Made by a program: the position numbers and the translations under genes. A DNA stretch of 64,000 nt from Azolla caroliniana (lineage: Eukaryota; Plantae; Polypodiophyta), in contig JBHGNT010000003.1 of assembly GCA_043228905.1 (NCBI GenBank), positions 6,324,001 to 6,388,000 on the forward strand, given 5' to 3'. Shown piece after piece: positions 25,563 to 38,491 of the stretch; the stretch's first letter is position 1; each line of letters opens with the position of its first letter. The notes under the pieces are model-generated. The model saw only the letters and a program-made list of their open reading frames with translations. It was not told the DNA's origin and ran no database searches.

Positions 25563-26900
25563 CTATATTCTAACCATCGGCTTAAATAAATACTTTGGTG
25601 TTGAGTAGAACCACACCGCCTTATCAAAATGTCGTCTATAGAATATGCCTATGTCCCAAATGACATGAAACCCCAAACGCTTAAGCTCTGCTTGATGCGT
25701 ATTACCTTTTAAACTATCCAAAAACCCTTTGAGATTATGCACAATCTCTATCCAAATTCCCGAAATTATTTGGGTAGGTCTTTCAGTCACATTTTGAAAT
25801 ACCTTCAAACATTGAGCCTTCCAAACATACCAAATTGTAATACTACTTACCAATTGCCATATTTGAGGTTTATTAGTTTGTATTTGTGGTTTCAGGATGA
25901 TCAAATTTTTTTCCATCAAACCACGTCTCATCACAATAACATCTGCAACCTCCTCCTGTTCATATACCATAGGTTTATCATGTACCACTGCCCATAATAC
26001 TGCATCCCATCCCATCCCATCCCATGTATACACTGCTCTAGGATATGCTGGAGTTAATAATTTTATGATTTGTTTCCATATGTCCCGAGCAAAACCACAA
26101 CTCCACAAACAATGTTTAGCAGTCTCTATTACATTTATATAGAAAGGGCACATCTTGTCTACATTTCCTTTTCGCCCCTCATTAACTGGTATAGCATTAT
26201 GAACCAACAACCATCGAAAACAAACAATTTTCCTACTCATCGTTATACCCCATAGCCATTTCCAAAATTGTTTGAGATGTTGTGGAGAAAGTCCATTTCG
26301 TCTCTAAACAACATTTGGTGTTGTTTGGAGTTGGTTCTTTCCATGATCTAGCACCTAATATTTTCCTACCAATCTTCACAAAATATTAAAAGAACGGCAC
26401 GTATTTGATGTGATCTTGCACCCACACCTTCCAATATAGTTCTCCACGATCCCAAGTTAATCTAGATATTGGTCTGCTTTCCATTATCTAAATCCTCCAA
26501 AAATAATTCACCTTTTGAGGATCCGACTCTAAGACCCAATTTGATCCATCATTTGCAATCACCCTCACTTCTTTATGCAAACAAAACCTAAACAAATCAT
26601 TTTCCTTATTGCCTATACAAGTAACAATTGAATGTTGTCTATGTGAAGTTAATCCAATGACATCACTACATAAAACCTTTTTTCTTCTCGAAGTACCAAT
26701 TAATAACGCTTCATTAGCAGAAAGAAATGAATCTCATTTGCTATAACCCGTAGTTCCAGACCCAGTACCTTCAAGAAGAGGCGAATTAGCTTCTATTTCG
26801 CAGCCTTTGATACGTCAATCCTTTATGACGTTGACACCTGTTGGAGCTTCAAAAATTTATCAATTGGTTTGGCCGATTAGCTTACCATCATCTTGTACAT
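25563..26900 (-). mobile_element. L1-type LINE 3' fragment (zf-RVT region), degenerate
   Basis: ORF 25563-26240 has CFRWLLVHNAIP..CPF..ETAKHCLWSC..ARDIW and IWYVWKAQC, typical of the plant L1 ORF2 C-terminus. Upstream extent approximate. Confidence 0.7.
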
Positions 26901-27019
26901 CAAAACTCATACGACAAATGTGAGTTTGATCAACAGTATAACAAAATGTGACAAACTTATGTTATGATGAATGAACATTTGCAACATAAGAAGATATACT
27001 AGAAAATAGGATCGACTTC

Positions 27020-27760
27020 CTTCCTTTTCCACCTTTGACGTTAGTGAATAAAACATTTGATCCACACTTCGATGATGGAAAATTTTAGATAAACTTTCTA
27101 CATATTCACCTTTGAAATTAGTGAATACAATATTTGACAAATTGAGAGAAGCTTTCTATATATTCCACCTTTGACATTAGTGAAACAAAACATTTGATCC
27201 ACAATTTTATGATTGAAAAATTTAGACAAACTTTATATATATTCCACCTTTGACGTTAGTGAATAAAACATTGGATTCATGATTCGATGATTGAAAAAAT
27301 TAGACAAAGTTTTAATATCATACCCATATATTAAATGTATAAAAAGCGACAAAAAGACGAGAAGGTTGAATACTCTTTGACGTAATAAAGTGACCTCAAG
27401 GCTCAAATAAAACCGAACTTCTCATTGAAGATGGATCCTATTAGAGTCGATTTCTATAAATTCCACCTTTAACGTTAGCGAACAAAACATTTGATCCATG
27501 ATTTCGATGATCGAAAAATTTAGAAAAAGTTTTATTATCATACCCATACATTAAATGCTATAAGTGAAAAAAGAAGAGAAGCTTGAATACTCTTTGACCC
27601 AATAAGATGACCTCAAGGCTCAAAATAAAACCAAACTTCTCATTGAAGATGGATCCTAAGGTGACCCTAATACAACCAAACTTCATAGAGGTGATCTCTC
27701 ATTAAAGATGACTCCTAAGGTGACCGTAATACTCAAACCAAACTTCTTAGAGGTGATCCT
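27020..27760. repeat. imperfect direct repeats (ccacctttgacgttagtgaataaaacatttgatcc and related units)
   Basis: Unit recurs at ~27030, 27165, 27243 and 27463; a larger ~220-bp duplication spans 27240-27440 / 27460-27660. Confidence 0.7.
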
Positions 27761-29674
27761 GCACCAAGCACCATATCCACCTCTTTCAATTGCACCACCA
27801 TTCCCTTCCCAGTCTTTTGCCAAGCATCAGCCATGGGATTCATTACCTCGGGTTGACAAATATCTTCACGATTAGTAGCCAAAGCATGTGTTGATATGCC
27901 GTACTTCTTATCACGCTTCTTCACTAATTCATCATCAACTTGCCCCATGGGCACTTCTTGAGGCGACATCATAAGGGCAGGAACTCCCAAGGGAAGAGTA
28001 TCACCTACGTTTTTAGTGTAGCTTCGTAAGATTTGACAATTTGCATGATAAACATGCTGTGATTTTGAGGTTACATAAACTTCGAGATTCTAAGTGTTTA
28101 GAGAAATGACGCACTCACATAGTTACTATGACTACGTTAAATGTGCATGTGACCAACACATAAGGATTGTAACCTTTTTCAACGAATGGGTCATTTAGCA
28201 AAACACAAAACAAAATGTAGAATCAAGACAATTATTGCATGTGCTAAAAAAGTAAGAACAAATAAACACGATTACCCCTATCAAATTGCCATGTACACCA
28301 GAACTTCCCATAACTTCTCGATAGTTTCTTGAGCTCTTGTTTTTGTATCAACTCTGGAACACCCGGATTTACCCAAAGCCCTGCTCTAATCTAATATTTC
28401 ATCATTTTCAAAATTACTAATGTTTCTAGAATACAACCAAACATAACCACTATATCTATATACATACATAATACTATCACCTCATAGAAATGCGAATGCC
28501 ATAACTTTTGCTCATCTTGTGGAAGTGCATCGAAGAGGCGATCCGAAATGATGTATTCCACACCTTTTCAACAAATATGGAATGACAAATTAATTTGATG
28601 AAACCATTCTTAATTCAAATTGTCTCGATGTAAATGATGGAAAATTAACCTCAAATGAGATTTTTATTCTTCAATAAGCTTTAAAACTTTGCACGAGACT
28701 TATCATGTATGTACACATGATGAAATACTAAGGTTAGAACCCAAACCCATGCATCAAGATTAAGAATATATTTGACCATTAAAAACTTCAAATCTTTGTG
28801 TTTGAATTTAATCTTGGATTTAGACATTTTACCTATGAGCCTAGCATCATGTTGATCCGAGTCAAACACTGCACACTGCAGAAAGTCTTCGCTTAACCGC
28901 GAAGCATAATGGTGGGTCTCGATTTTGCGACTCATATCATGAGAGTACAAAGCCCAAGTACATACATGCTGACCAAATGGAAGAAGAAAATTAGACGGAT
29001 GATTACTTGAATGTACATCCAACCCAATTCTCAAATTAAATCCAATTTGAAAGGTCAATGAATCATGGGTAAATGCAATCCGACATGAATCATGGGCACC
29101 TCAATTGAATTCGGAGTCCTTCAATCCATTCAAATAGCATCGATGGATCACGATGGACACACGATTTCGATTCAAAAGTTTCATGAATCTTATGTGGCCA
29201 TAGTCCAATCCAAATTTAGAACAAATTCAATCAAAATGCATTCATGAAATGATCATGATGGGCACACAATTCAATAAAGATTCAATGGTACCATGGCCAC
29301 CAAAACACAAGTTCAAATTCAATCAAGAAACAAAAAGCAATATTGAATCTTCAAAAGAATGTGAAATCCAACCCAATCCAAAATGCAAGCTTAAAATCCA
29401 ATTGAAGGATTAACATCATAAAAGTCTGATGAGGAAACAAGATAGGAACACAAGATTAAAAGAGTCTTGTTGGAAATGAATGGGTAGATTATACAGAAAT
29501 TACTGGATTTTAAAGGAGCACCTGTTGGAACTGTTTGACGGGTGTAAGGGATTGCAAGAGTTTGGCCGATTTGTCGAGGACCGAAGAAGTGAAAGACACG
29601 GGCTCTCCCGGAACATCTTGTGGGAGGGACATCAATGGCTTCCCACCTCCCGGAACCTGGTCACTCGATGCCAT
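27733..29674 (-). CDS. oil body-associated protein (DUF1264/OBAP family), 5 coding exons
   Basis: Exons 29674-29522, 28968-28833, 28563-28481, 28390-28276 and 28004-27733 (GT-AG, in phase) give MASSDQVPG...LQSLTPVKQFQQHVCTWALYSHDMSRKIETHHY...QCAVFDSD..ARLIGVEYIISDRLFDALPQDEQKLWHSHFYEIRAGLWVNP...SYGKFWCTWQFDRGDTLPLGVPALMMSPQ, the OBAP2-type signature. Confidence 0.9.
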
Positions 29675-29675
29675 A

Positions 29676-30030
29676 CTGAATAGAAATGAAACCTGTTTTG
29701 AATTGATGCATAATATATTATGATCACATACCACATATATACACACAACAGAAAATGAGGAAATCTTAGAAAAAAGCCAGTGAATACACCAAAATCATCA
29801 AAACAAATAGAAAGGAACCCTGTTTTGAATTGATGCATAATATATGATCACATACCACATATATACACACAAACACACACAAAAGAAAATGAGGAAATCT
29901 TAGAAAAAAGCCAGTGAAATCATCAAGACAAATAGAAAGGAACCCTGTTTTGAATTGATGCATAATATATGATCACATACCACATATATACACACAAACA
30001 CACACACAAAAGAAAATGAGGAAATCTTAC
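29676..30030 (-). repeat. probable 5'-UTR intron of the OBAP gene made of ~125-bp tandem repeat x3
   Basis: Minus-strand donor GTAAGA at 30030 and acceptor TTCAG one base before the ATG; unit cctgttttgaattgatgcataatat at ~29692, 29819 and 29944. Confidence 0.6.
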
Positions 30031-30464
30031 CAAAGGCAAAAAGCCAGTGAGTATACCAAAAATCATAAAAACAAAACAGACTTTGATAAAATTGAGACTT
30101 GAATTATGTAGAACCCACTTCTTTTAACAATCTTGGTCTTTCTCAAAGAGAATCAAATTCATCATCATCAGGAATGATGGTGATCTAATTTGTGTACTAG
30201 AGTCTTGGAACTAGAAAAATTGCTATTCTAGCCTGCCTTTGGAATGAACCAGACCAATTTGCTTCAAGATTATGTTTTTTTTGCATGTTTCATCTCATCT
30301 TTCCACGTGACAAAGGGCTCATATGACTACCTGCCACCACATGAGAACTTAATTTCCTCATTATGAGATATATATACACATTATACATGAAGTACCCATA
30401 GGACTTGGGTGTCCATAGACACACTAAACGTTTTTTGACCCAGAGAGAGTCCACACGGAAGTAA

Positions 30465-30741
30465 GGAATCGGCAACGAATTGGTTTAGGCTTGAGCTTAA
30501 CCGGTTGTAGGTAAGTTTGGGATGGCTCAAGCCGAACTGAATTGATCTAGGCCAAACCGGTTACCAAACCGGTTACCAAGCCGGTTAAGGCTTAATCGGT
30601 TTGGCCAAACCAATTTAGGCTAACCGATTACCAAGCCGGTTAAGGCTTAATCAGCTTGGCTAAATCGGTTTAGGATCTGATTCGGTTTAGGTTTGGAAAC
30701 TCCCAAACCATTTAAGTTAAAACCGAACCGTCGCCGATTCC
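30465..30741. mobile_element. MITE-like element with 13-bp TIR
   Basis: GGAATCGGCAACG ... CGTCGCCGATTCC (12/13 inverted match), interior rich in aaccggtt/ggttaccaa repeats. No clear TSD seen. Confidence 0.7.
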
Positions 30742-31549
30742 AACATGGAACATTGAGACTTGTAGAACCACACCATAGTTGCATGCTAAAGAACAAGACA
30801 GGAACATTGGCTTTACACATTATATATGTAATCCCCACATCTAGTTTCTTTGAGAGCCTACTTGCATGGTTTTGCAAATTTAATATTTTGGCATGAGCTC
30901 CGGATCATTGTAGTTCGATATCCTACGCATGGAATGCCTTGCTCTAGTGTAAAAAAAGGCTCTTGGACATCGACATGCTTATAAGTCTTAATTCATCCAT
31001 TGTGTTCAAAACATTCTAGTAATCAATAGGAATTGCACCTTCTTACACAATATTGTGTACAAAAAAATTCTATTGTTTCTTAATGAACATTAATTGGCAA
31101 CCTAGAAAACATTTTTCTTTGATGGGGATTTGTACATTAAATTTGCACATTGTGAGTATTGGAGGTCAAGTTGCTACCCTACTTGTTATGTTTCATTTTA
31201 ATGTGACCCAGTGTTCTTGTCCCCCATAAAACTAAACATGCCTCACTTCGCTTTGCCATGGATAATCTACTTTGAAGAGGAAATGTTATCACCTAATGAG
31301 AAATAACAATTAATCAATATGAGTTTTTTCCGACATCGGTGGATGCTTTCAATTGACTAGCTATGATTGAAGAAGAAAAGTCAACATGATCTTCAACATA
31401 TCAAGACGAATTGATGACTTACATGAAAATCAGTTTGAGGAAAATAACATAATAGAATCAATATTCCGTTGAATCTAACCAAGTGAGTTATTGAAACAAT
31501 ATTATGTTGTTCAACATAGGGAGGTCAAAATTTGTTATTGCTATTTTAT

Positions 31550-32902
31550 AGGTTTAAGCCTCATTTGATAATCTTTTGTTTGTACAATCGCTTTACGGAG
31601 GGCGTTAACCTCTAGGCTTATAGTTAACATCCATACAGTCCAACCAACTGAGCTATTAAATTAATATCGTAACTCTTTTGTTTGTATAATCACTCCAAGG
31701 AGGGCCTCCTACCCTATGGTTAAAAGCCATATGCGTAGTTGAAAAATGGAGTGAGGGCTTAAACCTCCTACCCTATGGTTAGCAACCATAAGCCTAGTTA
31801 AAAATTAGAGTGAGGCTCGAGACATCAAAAAAATTGAATTGTTTAGTAATAGTGATCCAAATTAGTAATTGTTATATTATAGGTTCTATTCTCATCTCAC
31901 AATCTTTTGTCTATACAATCACCCCAAGGAGGGCTTAAGGCTCCAACCTTATGGTTAACAACCATACGCTCTGACAAACTAAGCTATTGAAGCAACATTT
32001 TTGTATCACAAAAATTGAAGTATTCAATATTAATGATCAAGAGTTATTCTTCTATAGGTTCAAGTCTCATCTGAAAATCATTCGCTTGTACAATCACTTC
32101 AAGGACGACTTAACCTTACAGTTAACGACCAAATGCATAGCTGCATTGAGTCAAGATTAGAGGTTGAGATTTGTAGTTGTCACTTTAAATGTTCAAATAT
32201 TAAATCTCATCTCAGAATCTTTTGTTTGTACAATCACTCAAAGCAGAGCTTGAACAACCGTACACTCTAACCAACTAAGCTATTGAAGCAATATTTTTGT
32301 ATCACAAAAAATTTAAATGTTCAGCATCAATGGTCAAGATTTGTAGTTCATATTTGGTAGGGTCAGGTTTCATTTGCGTCTAAAATCACTTCAAGGAAAA
32401 CTTTAACCACCAAACATATGGCCATAAGCATAGTTGAATTGATTCAAGATTAGTGGTCAAGATTTATAGTTGTCGCTTTATGTGTTCAAATCTTGAATCT
32501 CATCTGAGAATCTTTTGTTTATAGGGTCAAGTCCTATTTGACAACGATTTTCTTGTATAATCATTGCAAGGACAACTTTAACCTTGAAATTTATGGATAA
32601 GGGCCATAAGCGTAGCTCACTTGTTCAAGATTAGTGGACGAGATTTCTAGTTGTTATATTATAGGTTCAAATCTCGAATCTCATATGAGAATCTTTTATT
32701 TGTACAATCGCTCCAAGGAGGACTTGAACCTCTGACCTTATGGTTAACAATAATTTAGAGAAGAGAAAATGGGATTCCAACCCTCAACTTTTGCAGACTT
32801 ACATATCATTATTCCTGGAACAACTCTCCCAAACTAAATAGTTATTTCCCTACGTACGAAAGTTCCAATTCGGCGTCTGGATATAGTCGAGGGGCCAAGA
32901 GC
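31550..32902 (-). repeat. left, more degenerate part of the tRNA-Asn-derived tandem array
   Basis: Same units (ctccaaggagggcttgaacctc...ggttaaca; caagattagtggtcgagatttgtagtt) as 52538-62575. Confidence 0.85.
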
Positions 32903-33410
32903 TGTTGTCGTGAAGAAAACAGGCCTTAGGCGGAATCGGTGAAAAAGGTGTATGAACCGGCCCTTACGCACGGACACACGAATTGATAAAGGGTACATAA
33001 ATAGGAGTAGGTGGGCTGATGTACATATACTAGGTAGTAATGATTTATTAACTAGGAAATCGATGTGGATCTCTGTTTGAAGGGACAGAGAATAAAGGTG
33101 ATGCGACAGGATGTAACGGTTCCTCCCTTGCGGCCTATAAAAGGGGAGGGGAGAAGACAGAGGAAGGTATCGCATTTTGGCTAGGACAAGGTGTTGTCCG
33201 ACTGGGAACCGAGCTCTCTCCTCCTCTTTCGTTGTTTTCTGCAGGTTCGGAGTTGGTTGCCTCTACTTCGAGGAAAGCCGTGTGCTTCTGTCAAGGCTCT
33301 ACTGTGTGTGTGCGTGGGCGTGTGGTTGTCTAGGTTGGGTCAGTCGCTGCTTATCCAGTTATAATCTTGCATACTCTATAACATTTATTGATATTGGAAT
33401 CTCAAATCTC

Positions 33411-33464
<54 letters not shown>

Positions 33465-33547
33465 TTCCGTGAGTCTCCCCTTTATGCGAGCGTGCATCTT
33501 GTTCAGTTGATATACACGTTAGTGGTTCATTTGGTCGGCAAAAGCTG

Positions 33548-33980
33548 TGTTAACTCTTCGGGCCGGACAATGGCCTAACACAGGGTGTCTACGGGAGACA
33601 CTTCACCAAAGGGTGTTACGGCAACCGGATTAGACTTCAACGCTTACTCCGACTTAATCAAGTTACTTATTAGGATCGTCTTCATAACACGCGTAAGATA
33701 TAACAATTAAGACAGAACGGCAATTAACATAGAGAGATAACAATGCTTAAGCTTTCATTAATTAACCGCTAACTATTACATTGTATACGGGCCTTTAAAT
33801 AGGTTTCCGGTTTGTATTACAAAACGGTGCCATCCGCACATGTTCGGGATCGGTCCGGATCCGGAACGGCATACCGATTCCGGTCTGTGCGTCCACACTC
33901 ATAGCTTAATTACAACCACATTCCTACTACTTAATTAGCTCTCCGTTTCCCACTCTGGACTCCTTTGCCGGCTGGTAACA
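33548..33980 (-). repeat. gypsy copy 2 3' LTR
   Basis: TGTTAAC...GGTAACA, direct repeat of 51935-52367. Confidence 0.95.
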
Positions 33981-34034
33981 CATGGCACGCCCGTGGGACA
34001 GTACCTTGTATGTCGAATCCACAACCGACCCTTG

Positions 34035-36982
34035 CTATTCTTCGTCCAAGATGTCCAGAATGCTCTGTTCGAGAGGCTCCAATGGTTCATCTGGAAGTGG
34101 TTGTTGTTGCTGTCTGCTGCGGCGGGTCCGTTGATGGTTGCTGCGGCTGCTCCTCCGGTTGTGGCTTTGACACCGGTGTCTCCGTCGTTGCTCCCTGCAT
34201 CGTGGTGGTCTCCGGTTGACTGGTTCCCGGCTGGCCCTCAGCCGGCGACGGTTCCTCATCACTAAGGTTAACCGTTGTAGCTTCCCGTGCTTTTTCTTCT
34301 CGCACCCGGGACCGCTCGTAGCTTTCAAACTGGATTTGAGCGTCCAGCCTATCATCGTCCAGCTGAGCTATGAGCTGCCTGACCTGCGCCAGCTGTTCAT
34401 CTGCCAGGACTTGGAAGTCGTCGGCCAGCTCGTCCCGTATGGCGGTGAAGTCCTCGGAAGTCAACGTATAACAGTCATCTCCTTCCTTCCGCCGGTTTGC
34501 CACATCCGCCCGTAACAACTAGAGTTCCGCCGCGTTTTGTGCCCACTTTGTCCACCATTTTACGGAGCTTTCATCAATCAAGTGTTTCGTCATGCCCGGA
34601 GGATGGACTGAATCCGGCTCGTTCCCAATTGCGATTTGGTTTCCGCCGCTTGCCGTTCCTCCTTCAGTTGTTTGATGATTTTTACGTTGTCCTCCGCCTG
34701 CGCCTTGTAATGCGTCAATTGCCTTTGATATGTGCTTTGTAATTTCTGCAATACTATTGACGCTCTCTCTTTGTCTTCCTGCTGCTGCCTCTGGAGCTCC
34801 ATCCGGACCTTCTCCGCCTCTTCCAAGCGTCTTGTATTTTCCGCCCGTTCGTCGGCGATCGCCGTCGCGGCCCGATCAACTGCCTGTTGGAGCTCGGCCA
34901 TTCGTTCTTTATGCTCCATTTCCAGCCGTTTGTAGTCCCGGTGCAGGTGCTCAAAATCATCTGTCTTTTGCTTGAGCCGTGCGTTGATCTTACGACGGGC
35001 CCGGTCCTCATGGTCCTTCTGCTGGCGGAGCTCTTCCTTTAGCCGTTCAATCTCTGTTTCCGCCGTTTTCCGCAGCTTGTCCTTTTCCTGCAGCACTTTG
35101 TCTTTCTCCTCCTTTAGCCGGTCGTACGCTTGATGGCCTTTCCAGAGGCTCTCCTCTGCCCGGCAAGGTTCTCAGCAGTTTTCTTTAATTCGGCTTCGGC
35201 CGTCGTCTTCAATTCTCGTTCCCAGCTCCTTAGCGCTTCTTGTGCAGCAAGTTCCTCTCTCAATTCCGCAAGCTCCTGATCTTGCGCCGCATCTCTCGCC
35301 GGAACGGTTTCCGTTGCCGGGGTCTTATTCCTATGTAGAGGTCGTTCCGTTTCATTATTCTGTACACTTACCGGAGTCACCGGTGATTGGATCCGTATTT
35401 TGGCCATCTCTGTCGTGACCTGATCCAAGTCTTTTTCAAGGCACCGGATTCTGGACCGGGCCGTCTCTAGTTGTTTGGTTGTGACGAGCAACCGTTCGAT
35501 TTGCGCTCTTTCTTCCGCCTCTATATACCCCACTGCTCCGGCTATCTGTTCGCCTATCCACCGGAGCCACAGGCTACCGGTGCCTTGTTGTGCTTGCACG
35601 GAGGTTTGACAGATGGGCTCACTTGTAGAGGGTTGGTCCCGCCTGGTTGCGCCGAGTTGCAGTTCCTTTTCTGCCCGTGGACCATCCTGCTGTCCTGGTT
35701 CCCCTTGCGCTTCTTCTTGGCTGACCGAGGGAGGCTGCAGTGACCTTTCCGGCTATGGTGGGATGGGACTTGCCGGGGCTTCTGTTTCCGGTGCCATCTG
35801 CACCGGTTCTGGTTCCTTCCTTGGCGTAGGAGTCTCAGTATGGGGAGCCGGTGTTCCCTCTGTCTGAGGGTCCGAACGTTTCCCGGCTGCCTCAACGGTC
35901 CTTGCCGACGACCGTCGCTGGAGGTGCTCTGTAGGCTCCTCCTCTATTTCCTCCTCCTGAGCTCCGGCATTGAGTTTTGCCGCCAAGGGGTCCACTTCTC
36001 GATTCACCGGTCGGCGGAGTGTGACCTTTACGGGCCGTGCCGGTGGTTCCTCCTGCGCCTCCATTGGGCGCTTCCGGCTTCCGCTTCCTGCTGCCGCCTG
36101 TTCTGCATCCACCGCCTTTCCCTTACTGGCCTTAGAGGCCAACAACTGTTGCCGTTTGGAAGCCGTCCTTGGGGTGCCGTCCAACACTCTTCCTCGCTTC
36201 TTGGGCTGGACGGTCTGAACGGGTGGCACCAGCAAGGTGAGCCACTGCGTTACGGCGTGCCATATCCTTCGTCCGTCTCGGCCTTCTTTGCCGTCTTTGC
36301 CTCTGACGATCTCGATCGCCGCACATAACCCGTCTGCAATCAATACCGGCCAATCCACCTTGATCCCTTCATAGGTGGCGATGATCATCCCTGCCCGGTT
36401 CTGCGGCATGACAGGGGGTCTAGGGTATACGTGGCCGTAATCATGGAGCACACGAGCAATTTCGCGGAACAACATATCTCCGCCGCCCTGTGTCCGGTAG
36501 CCCTTGCTGTCTAGAGAGTACTCACCAAAATACCTGATGAGTTGCTCCGGGGTTGGATTGTCGATCGTGAGTATGCCTCCCTCCGGAAGGCCTGTTAACG
36601 CTCGAATCGCCTCTGCCATTATGACCTCTGTATCGATTTCCTTGATCACTTTGTCGGCTTCTTTGTGTGGCGGTACTTCCATCATCATCAAGAAGCCCTC
36701 GAGCCCGTGTTGCTTCAGCCATGTCTTGGCGGCTTCCGACAGCGTTTGCAGGTCCATCTCTGTGTCAGGGTCGGATTGCGGTGACGAGGATGGATGGTGA
36801 TGAGAGCGGGGTTGAGAAAGAGAGAGTTCAGAAGGCGGGGGTTCTCTGTGCGCAAGTTCTCGTCTGATGTTCTTGCAGCATTTCGGTGCTTCTGTGCTCC
36901 TGGTTTCGGTGCGAAAGTAGAGGGTCTCTACGCGCAATGGTTTTTGTTTGTGCATTCTGGCGCATTCTTCGAGTTTGTGCAT
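34035..36982 (-). pseudogene. gypsy extra 3' ORF, copy 2 (~950-1000 codons, frameshifted)
   Basis: Pieces 36982-35753, 35599-35114, 35096-34590 and 34518-34087 are colinear with copy 1; coiled-coil C-terminal half. Confidence 0.8.
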
Positions 36983-38491
36983 GTCGCGTACTTAAAATAG
37001 CATTATGTCCTGTGGTGGCGCTTTAAATGCCCACTACGTACCTCTTCGCTCCACGCTCTTTCATCCATTCATTCCTCGCTTTTGCATGATTGTTTTTTTT
37101 TTTTTTTTTTTCCAGTTATTATTATTATTAGTGTGACGTCACATGTCCGTTGGTCCTCCCGGACCCTTACCGGCCTCATTCTCTCCGGTTCCCGGCTTGC
37201 CGTCTCTGCCGGCTTGGTGGTTGCCGTCGGTCCTTTGCTCAAACGGGTTCTTAGGCATCGGTCCTCTATATGCCTTTAACCGGAATCCGTTGACCCATTT
37301 GCCCAGCACTTCGCCGGCAAGTGTCCCCAACTGGTAGGACCCATTATACTCTCGTGTTAGCCAATATGGTCCGGTCCATCTAAACCTTAGTTTACCCGGC
37401 ATCTTGCCCATCCGGGTTTGGAATACTAACACTGGTTTGCCGATTGCGAACATTTTTTCGTTACCTTTCCTGTGCCGGTCGATGAATGCTTTCCGTCGCC
37501 GTTGCTCCAATTCTAAATGTAGGATGCTGGCCAACCGTTGTTCCTCCAGCTCACACAGCGCTGTCAACCTTATTGTCTCCGACTCCTTCTCGTTCAGCCG
37601 TTCTCGTAGCTGGATCCGTAAGCTAGGTACTTGAAATTCTACCGTCATGACCGCCTCGAGTCCGGACGCCAACCGGAACGGTGTTGTTCGGATGCTCGTT
37701 TTGTATGCCGTCCGGTATGCCCAAAGCGCGCTATGTAGCTTTGTGTCCCAATCCGTCCGGTTCTCGTTGACGATCTTCCGAAGGATGTTCTGGAGCGTCT
37801 TGTTTGTTGATTCCGCTAATCCGTTCGCCTGTGGATAGTAAGGTGTGCTTCGTTTGTGGACCACGGCATAGAAGGTCGTTAGGGTTTCCACTACTTGTCC
37901 GAGAAAGTGCCCCCCTTGGTCACTTATCAATTCAATGGGGCATCCGTAACGGCACCAGATGTACTCATATAGAAACTTTGTCGTTGACGCAGCGGTGTTA
38001 TCCCGTAAAGCTTTGGCCTCCACCCATTTCGTGCAGTAATCCGTAGCAACGATAACGTACCGATTACCCGTTCTCATTGCCGGTGGCTTGAATGGTCCTA
38101 CAAAGTCCAGCCCCCACTTTTGGAATGGCTCGAAACACGTTCGCGTTCACAAGTGGAAGGATCGCGCATAAATGGAAGGATAAGGGAAATTTTAGGGGTT
38201 TTTCAATGATTTTACAAAACACATTGATACCAGTATCATACAAGTTCAAACATACTATGAAAAAGGTTAAAAATCCACTATTTTCGTGATTTAGAAGTAA
38301 CTAAAAAAAGACGAATTTCAAAAACATACATTCTCAATTTATATCACAAACTTTACAACCAATGTTATTTTATAAGAAACGATTTTTTAGAAATCATAAG
38401 AATTCAAAACACATGATTTTATATTACTCGATTTGTTACAAGCGGAATGTAGTTACACTTAATAGCCAAATATACATTCATGATCACTCCT

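Noticed and set aside
38134-38169. Assigning the TIR element to CACTA, hAT or Mutator
   Set aside because: Ends are not CACT(A/G), the duplication is at most 4 bp rather than 8-9 bp, and the transposase motifs do not match those families as I know them.
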